Shown: positions 29,484 through 39,607 of the stretch, in pieces
How the letters are laid out: each line of letters starts with the position of its first letter
Position numbering within the stretch: the first letter of the stretch is position 1
Assembly: GCA_018812925.1 (NCBI GenBank)
Contig: JAHJCU010000005.1
Location: forward strand, 70,957 to 134,956
Direction: 5' to 3'
DNA length: 64,000 bases
Source: Candidatus Omnitrophota bacterium
GTDB taxonomy: Bacteria; CAIJMQ01
Notes under the pieces: model-generated
Told to the model about the DNA's origin: nothing
Databases searched by the model: none
Seen by the model: the letters and a program-made list of their open reading frames with translations, nothing else
Program-made: the position numbers and the translations under genes

Positions 29484-30215
29484 ATGAATAAAACCCTCAA
29501 TATTCTGTCCCTCGGATTAAAAGATTATCAAGAAACATACAAAATCCAAAAAGAGCTTGTCAAACAAAGGGCTGCAGGACAAATCCCAGATACGCTGCTC
29601 TTGGTAGAACATACGCCCGTTTTTACAATCGGCAGAAATGGTGGTAGGGAAAATATATTGGTCTCCTCTATAAAACTAGAAAAAGAAGGGATAAATGTCC
29701 ATGAAACTGATAGAGGCGGAGACATTACTTATCACGGTCCGGGTCAAATAGTGGGATATCCGATAATCGATTTGAAAAACTACGGGAAAGATATTCATCT
29801 TTATTTGCGAATGCTTGAAGAAGTGATTATAAAATTACTGGAAAAATTTAATATAAAAGCCAAAAGAATAAAAGGGATGACAGGTGTCTGGGTTCGCCCC
29901 GTTAGAGATAGGTCGCCATTTGGCGACCGTACGGAAGTGCCAGAGGCACTTCTTAGCTCTAATGGGGTTGATGACAAGAAGATTGCTTCAATCGGCATAG
30001 GAGTAAGCAGGTGGGTTACTTATCACGGATTTGCACTCAATATAGACCCGAATATAAAACACTTTGCTATGATTAATCCCTGCGGGCTTGGTAAATCCGT
30101 TACTTGCATGAAAGAACAATTAAACGACAGATGTCCTGAAAGAAAGAAAATAGAGAGTAAATTATTTGAAAGTTTTTCGGAAGTTTTTTCCAAAAGAAAT
30201 CTTAGTATAGTATAA
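29484..30215 (+). CDS. lipB: Lipoyl(octanoyl) transferase with a 25-aa repeat-derived insertion
   Basis: EHTPVFTIG, RGGDITYHGPGQ, KIASIG, HGFALN, INPCG. Confidence 0.95.
   Translation: MNKTLNILSLGLKDYQETYKIQKELVKQRAAGQIPDTLLLVEHTPVFTIGRNGGRENILVSSIKLEKEGINVHETDRGGDITYHGPGQIVGYPIIDLKNYGKDIHLYLRMLEEVIIKLLEKFNIKAKRIKGMTGVWVRPVRDRSPFGDRTEVPEALLSSNGVDDKKIASIGIGVSRWVTYHGFALNIDPNIKHFAMINPCGLGKSVTCMKEQLNDRCPERKKIESKLFESFSEVFSKRNLSIV
29897..29967. repeat. Family C cloverleaf inserted in frame in lipB
   Basis: CCCCGTTAGAG..CTCTAATGGGG with hairpins GGTCGCCA/TGGCGACC and GAAGTGCC/GGCACTTC; interrupts GVWV-DDKKIASIG. Confidence 0.9.
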
Positions 30216-30224
30216 TTAAACATT

Positions 30225-31325
30225 ATGAACGAGAAAAAAATAGACTTAGATGATTTTCTTGGCATAATGCTCAAAGAAAATGCTTCCGACCTTTATTTCA
30301 AAGTCGGAAGCGTACCCTACATAAGAACAGGTAAAGGCGTTCAGCCAATTTCAGTTCAAAATATTTCTTCTGCGGATATGGAATTAATATCCCGGAGGAT
30401 AATGAATGATGGGCATAAAGAAGCTTTTAACAAACACAAAGAATTGGATTTGGCTTATAGTTCTCCAAAATGGGGACGCTTCAGAGTCAATATGTTTTTG
30501 CAACGGGGAGAGATTGGGATAGTTTTGAGAGAAGTTAAGAGAAAAATATCTACATTCCAAGAGCTTAATCTGCCAAGTGAAGTGCTGAAAAAACTTTCTT
30601 TGGAGCCAAGAGGTTTGGTGTTGATTACAGGACCCGCAGGATGCGGGAAATCCACAACACTTGCTTCAATTATAGAGTTTATAAATCAGAACAAGGAATC
30701 ACATATAGTTACAATAGAAGACCCTATAGAATTTTTGCACGAAGACAAGAAATCACTCATAAATCAGCGGGAAATAGGAACAGACACTAATTCGTTTGCG
30801 ATGGCTTTAAAACACGTTATAAGACAAAGCCCCGATGTTATACTTATCGGCGAGACGAGAGACACTCCAACAGCGGAGGCGGCAATAATGGCAGCAGAAA
30901 CGGGACATTTGGTTTTTTCAACTTTGCATACTATTGATGCGCCGTCGACTCTAGAAAGAATTTTGAATTTTTTCCCTCCACATATACAGCCGCAAATGAG
31001 AGTTCAACTTGCTTATGTATTAAAAGGAGTCATTTCTCTAAGACTATTGACTACTTTAAAAGGCGAAAGAATTCCGGCAGTTTCGGTTATGATTCCGACC
31101 CCGACAATCCAAAAATTGATATTAGAAAACAGACTTTTAGAAATACGGGAAGTGATGGAACAAGGAGAACTTTTCGGAATGCAAACTTTCACTCAGGCGC
31201 TTTTAAAACTTTATAAAGAAAGACAAATTTCACACGAATATGCAATGCAAATGAGTGATGCTCCAACCGAATTTGCCCTTAAAACTAAAGGTATTTTTAG
31301 AGGAACTAAAGAAGAAATACTGTAA
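30225..31325 (+). CDS. PilT/PilU-family retraction ATPase (PilU-like)
   Basis: GPAGCGKST, TIEDPIE, GETRD, AETGHLVFSTLH; lacks AIRNLIRE. Confidence 0.9.
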   Translation: MNEKKIDLDDFLGIMLKENASDLYFKVGSVPYIRTGKGVQPISVQNISSADMELISRRIMNDGHKEAFNKHKELDLAYSSPKWGRFRVNMFLQRGEIGIVLREVKRKISTFQELNLPSEVLKKLSLEPRGLVLITGPAGCGKSTTLASIIEFINQNKESHIVTIEDPIEFLHEDKKSLINQREIGTDTNSFAMALKHVIRQSPDVILIGETRDTPTAEAAIMAAETGHLVFSTLHTIDAPSTLERILNFFPPHIQPQMRVQLAYVLKGVISLRLLTTLKGERIPAVSVMIPTPTIQKLILENRLLEIREVMEQGELFGMQTFTQALLKLYKERQISHEYAMQMSDAPTEFALKTKGIFRGTKEEIL

Positions 31326-31345
31326 AAAAGAGAAGGAGAAATCAA

Positions 31346-32395
31346 ATGGACATATCGGAACTTTTAAAAGAAGCCGTCCAAAGAACCGCTTCGGATTTGC
31401 ATATTATCGCCAACGCTCCGCCCGTTTTTAGAATAAACGGTGAACTTATTTTATCGCAAGATTATCCGATTTTGAAATCCGAAGATACCAAAAAACTTAT
31501 CTACGGGTTCCTTTCTGATTCACAAAAAGTCGTATTTGAAGAGAAGAAAGAATTAGATTTTTCAATAAACATTCCAAAAGTTACACGATTCAGAGTAAAT
31601 GTCCATATGCAAAGAGGAAATGTGGAAGCCGCTTTAAGAATAGTGCCTTTGGCCATTCCTGTAATAGAAGAACTTAATTTACCTGAAATTGTAAAAACAT
31701 TAATTAATAAACCCAATGGCATAATTATAGTCACGGGGCCTACGGGTATGGGGAAAACCACAACTTTGGCAGCTTTAGTCGATAGGATAAACGAAGAAAA
31801 TAAATATCTTATCATAACCGTAGAAGACCCTATAGAATATATCCACACAAACAAGCAGGGGGTAATCAAACAAAGAGAGGTTGGTTCCGATACCTTGAGT
31901 TTTGCGAATGCTTTGAAATATACGCTTCGCCAAGACCCCGATGTGATAAGTGTCGGCGAGATGCGGGATTTAGAAACGATATCCACGGCGCTGACTGCGG
32001 CGGAAACAGGACATTTGGTTTTGACAACGCTTCATACACCTGATGCTTCGCAAACTATAGATCGTATAATCGATGTATTTCCTCCTTATCAACAACAGCA
32101 GATAAAAATACAGCTCTCGGGATGTCTTCAAGCAATAATATCTCAGGTATTGCTTCCCCGTGCGGACAAAGAAGGCAGAATTCTTGCAACAGAAATACTC
32201 GTTGCCACATCGGCAATACGCGCATTGATACGGGAACAAAGAACCGAACAGATTCCTTCAAGCATTCAAACCGGCGCGCAATTTGGGATGCAAAGCATGG
32301 ATAAATCATTAAAAGAACTTTATCAAAAAGGGTTGATTACTTATGAAATAGCATTATCTCATGCCAAAAACCCTTTGGATTTTAAAAAAATGTGA
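31346..32395 (+). CDS. pilT: Type IV pilus retraction ATPase
   Basis: GPTGMGKTT, LRQDPD, GEMRD, AIRALIRE, GMQSMD. Confidence 0.92.
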   Translation: MDISELLKEAVQRTASDLHIIANAPPVFRINGELILSQDYPILKSEDTKKLIYGFLSDSQKVVFEEKKELDFSINIPKVTRFRVNVHMQRGNVEAALRIVPLAIPVIEELNLPEIVKTLINKPNGIIIVTGPTGMGKTTTLAALVDRINEENKYLIITVEDPIEYIHTNKQGVIKQREVGSDTLSFANALKYTLRQDPDVISVGEMRDLETISTALTAAETGHLVLTTLHTPDASQTIDRIIDVFPPYQQQQIKIQLSGCLQAIISQVLLPRADKEGRILATEILVATSAIRALIREQRTEQIPSSIQTGAQFGMQSMDKSLKELYQKGLITYEIALSHAKNPLDFKKM

Positions 32396-32396
32396 T

Positions 32397-32484
32397 AGAT
32401 AAACAGATGACAGAAAACAGACGACAGAAGGCAGAAAAAATTCAACTATTATCTGATTTCTGTACTCTGACATCTGACTTCTGA
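32397..32484. repeat. 7-nt-periodic IR (ACAGAAA / TCTGACT type)
   Basis: Same ACAGA unit as the scaffolds inside gatA and ispF. Confidence 0.75.
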
Positions 32485-32492
32485 ATTTAAAC

Positions 32493-33665
32493 ATGATTGA
32501 ATCTAAAAGAATTTCAAAACTGCCTACTTATATATTTGCAAGATTAAATAAACTTAAGAGTGAGGCAAGAAAAGAAGGTAAAGATATTATCGATTTAGGT
32601 ATGGGTAATCCCGACCAGCCACCTTCTCCCAAAATAATTGCCAAACTAATCGAGACGGCTCAAAAAAGCAAAGTCCATGGTTATTCTACATCAAAAGGTA
32701 TTCCCCATTTAAGGGAAGCTATTACAAAAAGATATGAAGAAAAATACGGTGTAAAATTAAACCCTGAAACAGAAGCTGTTGTTTGCATAGGGGTAAAAGA
32801 AGGATTTTCTCATCTTGCGTTAGCTATATTAGATGAGGGTGACACTGTAATAGTCCCTACGCCTACCTATCCTTCCCATATTTATCATATTGCTATTGCC
32901 GGGGGCAATCTTGTAACAACGCCACTGTTAGATGAGAATTCTTTTATCCCCGAATTAGAGCGTACTGTCAAAAAAAGAGCCCCGAAAGCAAAAGTTTTAG
33001 TTATATCTTTTCCTCATAATCCAACGACAAGAACTGCTTCGATAGAATTTTTCGAAGAGATAGTCAAATTTGCAAAAAAACATAAATTGATCGTAATACA
33101 CGATTTTGCTTATGCAGATATATGTTTTGACGGTTATAAAGCTCCTTCATTTATGCAGGCAAAAGACGCGAAAAAAATAGGAGTGGAATTCTATTCTATT
33201 TCCAAGACATACAACATGGCTGGATGGAGAGTAGGATTTTTGGTTGGCAATAAAGATATTGTTGGCGCTCTTATAAAAATTAAAAGTTATTATGATTATG
33301 GAATATTTACTCCGATTCAGGTTGCCACTATTCAGGCATTAAATGGTCCGCAGGATTATGTGGAAAAAACTTTAGAGAATTATAAAATAAGAAGAGACGT
33401 CTTAGTTAACGGCTTTAATAATATGGGTTGGCATGTAGAATTACCCGAAGCAACAATGTATGTGTGGGCTCCGCTTCCCGAAAAATTCAAAAAAGAAGGT
33501 TCTTTGAATTTTTCAATTCGCCTTTTAAAAGAAGCCGATGTAGTATGTTCTCCGGGTATCGGATTCGGCGATAACGGCGAAGGATTCGTAAGATTCGCGC
33601 TGGTAGAAAACGAACACAGAATAAAACAGGCAGTAAGAGGAATAAAGAAAGTGATACAAAAATAA
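32493..33665 (+). CDS. Class I/II PLP aminotransferase, AlaC-like
   Basis: DLGMGNPD, HNPT, HDFAY, SKTYNMAGWRVG, SYYDYGIFTPIQ, VRFALVEN. Confidence 0.85.
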   Translation: MIESKRISKLPTYIFARLNKLKSEARKEGKDIIDLGMGNPDQPPSPKIIAKLIETAQKSKVHGYSTSKGIPHLREAITKRYEEKYGVKLNPETEAVVCIGVKEGFSHLALAILDEGDTVIVPTPTYPSHIYHIAIAGGNLVTTPLLDENSFIPELERTVKKRAPKAKVLVISFPHNPTTRTASIEFFEEIVKFAKKHKLIVIHDFAYADICFDGYKAPSFMQAKDAKKIGVEFYSISKTYNMAGWRVGFLVGNKDIVGALIKIKSYYDYGIFTPIQVATIQALNGPQDYVEKTLENYKIRRDVLVNGFNNMGWHVELPEATMYVWAPLPEKFKKEGSLNFSIRLLKEADVVCSPGIGFGDNGEGFVRFALVENEHRIKQAVRGIKKVIQK

Positions 33666-33711
33666 TATTCAAGATTAAAAATTTAACATTCCAGCTTCTC
33701 TAAATCAGAAC

Positions 33712-34005
33712 ATGAAAAATATTATAAGTAAAAAAGATGTAGAGTATGTAGCGAAACTATCTCGGCTCAAATTGAGAGAAGACGAGATACCAAAATTTAC
33801 ACATCAGTTAAACACTATACTTGAATACATAAAAAAATTAAACGAAGTTGATACATCTAAAACGGAACCGACTTTGCAGGTTGTACCCCTTGTGAATGTT
33901 AGAAGAAAAGATGTTCAAGTGCTGTCTTCCACGGTAGAAGACGTGCTCAAAAACGCGCCTGATAAAGAAAGAGGATATTTTAAAGTACCGCCAATCATAG
34001 AATAA
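33712..34005 (+). CDS. gatC: Asp/Glu-tRNA amidotransferase subunit C
   Basis: VEYVAKLSRL..YFKVPPII; precedes gatA. Confidence 0.95.
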   Translation: MKNIISKKDVEYVAKLSRLKLREDEIPKFTHQLNTILEYIKKLNEVDTSKTEPTLQVVPLVNVRRKDVQVLSSTVEDVLKNAPDKERGYFKVPPIIE

Positions 34006-34011
34006 CGATAT

Positions 34012-35523
34012 ATGGAATTATACAAACTAACTGCTCACGAGCTTAATAATTTGCTTGTAGAGAAAAAAGCTTCTTCCTTTGAGATTACCACGAGTATTTA
34101 TGAACGCATAGAAAAATTAAACAAAAAAATAAATTCCTATATTACACTTACTAAAGAATTAGCTCTACAAAAAGCCGAAAAAGTAGACAAAAAAATCAGT
34201 AAGGGTGAGAAAATAAGCTCTATCTCCGGTATTCCCATCGCAATAAAAGATGTTATCTCGACAAGAGATATCAGAACTACCTGTGGTTCAAAAATACTTT
34301 CGAATTATATCCCTATCTATGACGCAACAGTGATAGAAAAATTCAAAAAAGAGGATGTCATAATTTTGGGTAAAACGAATATGGACGAATTCGCTATGGG
34401 TTCTTCAACCGAAAATTCTGCATACGGGGTCTGCAGGAATCCTTGGAATACTTCTACTATACCGGGCGGTTCTTCAGGCGGTTCGGCGGCTTGCGTGGCG
34501 GCCGATTTTGCAATTATGTCATTGGGGTCGGATACAGGCGGTTCTATTCGTCAGCCTGCAAGTATGTGCGGGGTTGTTGGATTAAAACCCACTTATGGCA
34601 GAGTGTCGCGATATGGACTTGTGGCATTCGCGTCTTCCCTAGACCAGATTGGCACATTTACGAAAGATATAGAGGACTGTGCAATTCTTCTGAATATGAT
34701 AGCAGGACATGACCCGATGGATTCAACTTCTGTTGTAAAAGAAGTCCCAAATTATACTCAGTACCTAAAAAATGACGCCCAAAAAGTAAAGGTCGGAATT
34801 CCTAAGGAATATTTTGTCAAAGGGACGGATAAAGAAGTTGAGAAAGCGATTTTAAACAGTATAGAAACTTTTAAAAAACTGGGAGCCGAAATCGTTGAGG
34901 TTTCATTGCCTCATACAGAATACGCAGTTGCTGCATATTATATTATTGCGCCCGCAGAAGCCAGTTCCAACCTTGCCCGATATGACGGAGTGCACTATGG
35001 GTTCAGGACAGAAAACAGAGGACACCTGCCCGCTTCGCAGCAGGCGGGGAAAACAGAGGACAGAAAAATTAGCAGTATTGTCGATATGTATGAGAAGACG
35101 CGTGATGAAGGTTTCGGCGAAGAGGTAAAAAGAAGAATAATGCTCGGAACATACGCTTTATCTTCAGGTTATTATGAAGCTTATTACCTAAAAGCATTAA
35201 AAGTGAGAACACTGATAAAAAACGATTTTGATAAGGCATTTAAAAAATGTGATGTAATTGTTACGCCAGTTTCTCCGACACCTGCATTTAAAATAGGAGA
35301 AAAAATTTCCGACCCGTTGCAGATGTATCTTTCGGATATATTTACAATTCCCGTAAACTTAGCCGGACTTCCCGCTATTTCTATCCCTTGCGGATTTTCT
35401 AAAGGCGGATTGCCGATAGGTCTTCAAATTATAGGTAAACCTTTTGATGAAGGACAAATTTTACGGACTGCTTATACATTTGAGCAGAATACGGAATACC
35501 ATAATAAGAAACCGAAAATATAA
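34012..35523 (+). CDS. gatA: Asp/Glu-tRNA amidotransferase subunit A, with repeat-derived insertion
   Basis: [41 protein letters not shown]. Confidence 0.97.
   Translation: MELYKLTAHELNNLLVEKKASSFEITTSIYERIEKLNKKINSYITLTKELALQKAEKVDKKISKGEKISSISGIPIAIKDVISTRDIRTTCGSKILSNYIPIYDATVIEKFKKEDVIILGKTNMDEFAMGSSTENSAYGVCRNPWNTSTIPGGSSGGSAACVAADFAIMSLGSDTGGSIRQPASMCGVVGLKPTYGRVSRYGLVAFASSLDQIGTFTKDIEDCAILLNMIAGHDPMDSTSVVKEVPNYTQYLKNDAQKVKVGIPKEYFVKGTDKEVEKAILNSIETFKKLGAEIVEVSLPHTEYAVAAYYIIAPAEASSNLARYDGVHYGFRTENRGHLPASQQAGKTEDRKISSIVDMYEKTRDEGFGEEVKRRIMLGTYALSSGYYEAYYLKALKVRTLIKNDFDKAFKKCDVIVTPVSPTPAFKIGEKISDPLQMYLSDIFTIPVNLAGLPAISIPCGFSKGGLPIGLQIIGKPFDEGQILRTAYTFEQNTEYHNKKPKI
35025..35048 (+). repeat. 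Family B module (24 nt) inserted in an ACAGAAA/ACAGAGG heptamer run inside gatA
   Basis: ACA|CCTGCCCGCTTCGCAGCAGGCGGG|GAAA. Confidence 0.9.
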
Positions 35524-35552
35524 TAATAATTCAAGATTCCAGATTTAAGATT

Positions 35553-35615
35553 CCCCTAGAAATTGCGAAGCAATTTCAGGGACTGAGTCCCGGAAATCCT
35601 CCGGATTTCTCGGGG
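35553..35615 (+). repeat. Family A three-hairpin cloverleaf, intergenic, inside an AAGATTC-type heptamer scaffold
   Basis: CCCC TA GAAATTGC/GCAATTTC A GGGACT/AGTCCC G GAAATCC/GGATTTC TC GGGG. Confidence 0.92.
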
Positions 35616-35666
35616 CAAAATTCGCAAGAATCTTTAATCTTGAATTTTCAATCTTTAATGGAGATT

Positions 35667-37118
35667 ATGACATACGAACCTGTAATCGGTCTTGAAATAC
35701 ACGCTGAACTTGCTACCGAAACGAAACTATTTTGCGGATGCTCAACAAAATTTGGTTCTCCGCCGAACTCGCAAGTTTGCCCCGTGTGTATGGGGCTTCC
35801 AGGTGTGCTTCCCGTAGTAAACGAAAAAGCGGTTGAATATATGATTAGGACTGCTTTAGCGCTCAATTGTATAATAACACACCTAACAAAATTCGACAGG
35901 AAGAATTATTATTATCCCGACCTTCCCAAAAATTATCAGATTTCACAACAATATCTGCCTTTTGCCAAAGACGGATTTCTTGAAATTAAACTTGGCGATA
36001 AAATTAAACGAATCGGCGTGGACAATATTCATCTTGAAGAAGATGCGGGTAAGAATATCCATCTTGAAAATGGGCAAGCATCTTTGGTGGACTTAAACCG
36101 CACGGGTATACCTTTAATAGAAATCGTAACGAAACCGGATATGAGGAGCCTGGAAGAAGTTGAAGTGTTTATGAATAACTTAAGAGACATATTACTTTAT
36201 ATCGGGATTTCTGACTGTAAAATGGAAGAGGGTTCTTTAAGATTTGAAGCAAATATATCAGTAAGAGAAAAAGGCGAAGATATTTTGTCGCCAAGAGTTG
36301 AAATAAAAAATCTGAATTCTTTCAAAATTGTTCTTGCGGCTATCAAATACGAAGTAGAAAGACAAAAAGAAACACTTGAAAAAGGGGAAAAGGTTTCTCA
36401 AGAAACCAGATTATGGGATGAAGAAGGGCAAAAAACACACCCGATGCGCAGTAAAGAAGAAGCGCACGATTACCGATATTTCCCCGAACCGGACCTTCCC
36501 CCGCTTTTTATTTCGGATGAAGAAATAGAAAGAATAAAAAAGGAACTGCCTGAACTTCCAAATGCGCGCAAAGAAAGATTCGCAGTTGAATATGGCTTGA
36601 CAGAATACGATTCAAACATACTCATATCAAACAAAGAAACGGCAGACTTTTTCGAAGAATGCTTAAAAGAATTCAATCAGTCCCGCTCCGACAACATCGG
36701 AGCAAAGGAAATTGCCAACTGGCTTATAGGACCTGTTGCGGGATATTTAAACGAGCATAACATTACTATTACTGAAAGCAAACTCACTTCTGAACATCTC
36801 ATTTCACTGCTTACACTTGTTAAAGAAGGGAAAATCAACCAAAATACTGCCAAAAATATACTCACGAAGATTTTTGAAAAAGGCAAACATCCGCAGGAGA
36901 TAGTTAAAGAGAACGGTCTTGCTCAAGTAACAGACGAGGAAGAGCTCTCCCAAGCAGTAGATAAAGTCCTTAAAGAAAACCAACAAGTAATAGACGATTT
37001 CAAGAAGGGTAAAACAAATGCATTCGGTTTCTTAGTCGGGCAGGTAATGAAATCAACCAAAGGCAAAGCAAATCCAAAAATAGTTAATGAATTACTTAAC
37101 CAAAAACTGAAGAAGTAA
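35667..37118 (+). CDS. gatB: Asp/Glu-tRNA amidotransferase subunit B
   Basis: IGLEIH, RKNYYYPDLPKNYQISQ, HLEEDAG, YRYFPEPDLP; hairpin GCTCCGA/TCGGAGC at 36685-36703. Confidence 0.97.
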   Translation: MTYEPVIGLEIHAELATETKLFCGCSTKFGSPPNSQVCPVCMGLPGVLPVVNEKAVEYMIRTALALNCIITHLTKFDRKNYYYPDLPKNYQISQQYLPFAKDGFLEIKLGDKIKRIGVDNIHLEEDAGKNIHLENGQASLVDLNRTGIPLIEIVTKPDMRSLEEVEVFMNNLRDILLYIGISDCKMEEGSLRFEANISVREKGEDILSPRVEIKNLNSFKIVLAAIKYEVERQKETLEKGEKVSQETRLWDEEGQKTHPMRSKEEAHDYRYFPEPDLPPLFISDEEIERIKKELPELPNARKERFAVEYGLTEYDSNILISNKETADFFEECLKEFNQSRSDNIGAKEIANWLIGPVAGYLNEHNITITESKLTSEHLISLLTLVKEGKINQNTAKNILTKIFEKGKHPQEIVKENGLAQVTDEEELSQAVDKVLKENQQVIDDFKKGKTNAFGFLVGQVMKSTKGKANPKIVNELLNQKLKK

Positions 37119-37160
37119 TAAATCCTGAAATGATTAATAACTAAACACCAATTATTAGGA

Positions 37161-37233
37161 ACGGTAACTGTAACACCCGCCTGTTTGCGAAGCGGGCAGA
37201 AAGCTCGTGTCGGTAAATTTCGTAATTCGTAAC
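37161..37233. repeat. Element upstream of prepilin gene 1 carrying a family B module (37176-37200)
   Basis: Homologous empty version at 38137-38184. Confidence 0.8.
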
Positions 37234-37349
37234 CCTTACCAACTAACGATATTCAATTATCTTGGTTATTGATTTGTACAGGGTCTTGACAAAGAGGGAA
37301 TGATATGATAAAAACAATTTGATTTCTAAAAAAGAAAAGGAGGTTAAAT

Positions 37350-38075
37350 ATGAATTTGTTGAATAAAAAGTTTGCTGGCTTTACATTGATAGAATTGTTG
37401 GTTGTTATTGCGATTATCGGAATCTTGGCTGCATTGATACTGCCGGCATTGAATAGAGCAAGAGAGAATGCCAGACACGCTGTCTGCTCAAGCAATCTAA
37501 AGCAGATTGGTCTTGGAATGCACCTGTTTGCGGGTGACCATAATGAGAGTTTTCCGATGGGTGACGTGACTGGTGCTTCTACTACTGTTTTCACCAGTGC
37601 CACAACAAAGGGTAGTTTTGCGCGCTTATGGCCTGATTATATTAAGCCTTTTAGGACATATATCTGCCCGAGTAATATTTTAGCTCAACCAGCTACTATT
37701 GTTGGTAATGCGACTACAGGATTTCTAAATACAAGTGCTGCAACCTGCCACTATGCTTATAATATCGGGTTTAATGAATCAGTCCGGTCCGATACTGTCC
37801 TGGCTATGGACCAGACATACAACGATGGTAATGCTATAAATACATCACCCTATTGGATTACCACTCCGGTGGTTGGAGTAAACCTTACGACTACAAAGGG
37901 AGCTGGCTCCCAATTTCTTAACCATACTACCGATGGTGTCAATGTGCTGTTTGTCGCTGGTCATGTAAAGTGGATTAAACCTGTAAAATCAGGCATTAAT
38001 AAGGTGCTTTCTACAACTGATCTACCCGGATTGAGTGGCACCTCAAATGACACCTTAAATCCTGATAATGATTGA
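37350..38075 (+). CDS. Prepilin-type N-terminal cleavage/methylation protein (DUF1559 / H-X9-DG-like)
   Basis: [37 protein letters not shown]-terminal [14 protein letters not shown]. Confidence 0.9.
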   Translation: MNLLNKKFAGFTLIELLVVIAIIGILAALILPALNRARENARHAVCSSNLKQIGLGMHLFAGDHNESFPMGDVTGASTTVFTSATTKGSFARLWPDYIKPFRTYICPSNILAQPATIVGNATTGFLNTSAATCHYAYNIGFNESVRSDTVLAMDQTYNDGNAINTSPYWITTPVVGVNLTTTKGAGSQFLNHTTDGVNVLFVAGHVKWIKPVKSGINKVLSTTDLPGLSGTSNDTLNPDND

Positions 38076-38299
38076 TGATATTTAATGAATAAAATGGATA
38101 ACTTTTTTCGTGTTGGAGGTCTGACTTCTTATAAACACGGTAAAGGTAATGAAGCCCGTATCGGTTAATTTACGTAACTCGTAATTGGTAATTAGTAATT
38201 TTTAAAATTACGGATTACGATTTACAGATTACCGATTACAAAAAAATGGGCATCGTAACCCTAACCAGGATAACGTTTCTTAAAGAAAGGAGATGAAAA

Positions 38300-39169
38300 A
38301 TGATGATGAGTAGATTAAAGGTTAAAGATACAAGATTCCGCAATCTGCAATCTGAAGTCGGTTTTACCCTCATCGAGCTTTTGGTTGTGATAGCGATTAT
38401 CGGGATTCTTGCCGCACTCATACTTCCGGCATTGATCCGAGCAAGAGAATTGGCCCAAAGGGTTTCCTGCGTTAGTAACCTAAAAGATATCGGTCTTGCG
38501 ATGAATTTATACGCCATGGATAATCAGGAACACTTTCCGCATCGCCTATATATGGACGTAGTCTACCTTGGAAGCTTTTCTATGGCACAGTTATATCCTG
38601 ATTATGAAAGCGATTGGGCCATCTTCGTTTGCCCTTCTTCCGATCAAGTAATAAATCCAGTAGTAGGAACTGTTGAGGAGCAAAGATACGAATTTTTCTC
38701 CAGTAATTCGCCTTCTAACCCTAATAAGTTACCACATTGCTCCTATGCTGTGCAGGCTCATCCTGAAATCCTCACTGAGCCACTCACACAAATGCATTTT
38801 AATTTGACAGAAGGAAGGTCTGTTGTATGGTTTATTGACAGAGCTCAACCAAATGGTTATGGTATAAGCCCAATAAACAATCACTTTGGTCACAATTTGG
38901 TAACTGTTGGCACAACAAATTACATTGTGCTGGGTTACAATGTGAAGCCTGCTCCCAATAATCAGTTCGCCAGCCCTACCCACGGAGCTGAAGGAACGAA
39001 TATCTTGTTTTCAGATGGCGGTGCAGGATGGGTTAAAACTAAGCCCATTATGGTTGGTGCTGTCCAGCGCTGGGGTATATCTAATAATGATGTCTCTACT
39101 TTAGCCCAGTATTGGAAGGCAGGTTGGGAAAATCTCTTTTTCCAATATGTCTGTCAGCCCAATGGATAA
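38300..39169 (+). CDS. Prepilin-type N-terminal cleavage/methylation protein (DUF1559 / H-X9-DG-like), paralogue 2
   Basis: Same N-terminal motif; [13 protein letters not shown]. Confidence 0.9.
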   Translation: MMMSRLKVKDTRFRNLQSEVGFTLIELLVVIAIIGILAALILPALIRARELAQRVSCVSNLKDIGLAMNLYAMDNQEHFPHRLYMDVVYLGSFSMAQLYPDYESDWAIFVCPSSDQVINPVVGTVEEQRYEFFSSNSPSNPNKLPHCSYAVQAHPEILTEPLTQMHFNLTEGRSVVWFIDRAQPNGYGISPINNHFGHNLVTVGTTNYIVLGYNVKPAPNNQFASPTHGAEGTNILFSDGGAGWVKTKPIMVGAVQRWGISNNDVSTLAQYWKAGWENLFFQYVCQPNG

Positions 39170-39193
39170 TTAGAAAAGAAAGGTAGGGAAAAT

Positions 39194-39228
39194 GGGACGG
39201 TTCTTTTAAAATAGAGTTGTCCCCTTTT
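39194..39228 (+). terminator. Possible intrinsic terminator after prepilin gene 2
   Basis: GGGACGGTTCT/AGAGTTGTCCC stem followed by a short T run. Confidence 0.45.
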
Positions 39229-39240
39229 CTATTAGTTCTT

Positions 39241-39403
39241 GTCATTGAGAGAGAGCGAAAGCAACCGAAGTAATCTAAAAAGCGAGATTGCCTGCCCGCA
39301 AAGATTTGGCAGGCGGGCTTTGCCTTTGGCTCGCCCCTAGGAATCTGGAAGATTTCAGGGACTTTAGTCCTGGAAATTCGTACGAATTTCTCAGGGCAAT
39401 GAC
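39241..39403. repeat. GTCATTG..CAATGAC element carrying both a family B (39291-39317) and a family A (39334-39396) module
   Basis: GAGATTG|B|CTTTG and CTCG|A|CAATGAC junctions. Confidence 0.9.
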
Positions 39404-39607
39404 ACTTATTTTATTTGTATTAAACATTGGACATTTCATTAAGAACTAGAAATTGGTAATTAGAAATTTAAGTAGAGCAGAACCAAAAGTTCATAAATAG
39501 GCAACTACAAAGCAAGACAGTTTAGAGAGAGCCGCTTTTCTTTTCATATTACATTTCCGCAATTGTAAATCCTATTAAAATTGTTATATAATTCAATTTC
39601 TAAAGCC

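Noticed and set aside
35553..35615. Family A cloverleaf as a degenerate tRNA
   Set aside because: No T-loop (TTC) or D-loop consensus and no 7-nt anticodon loop.
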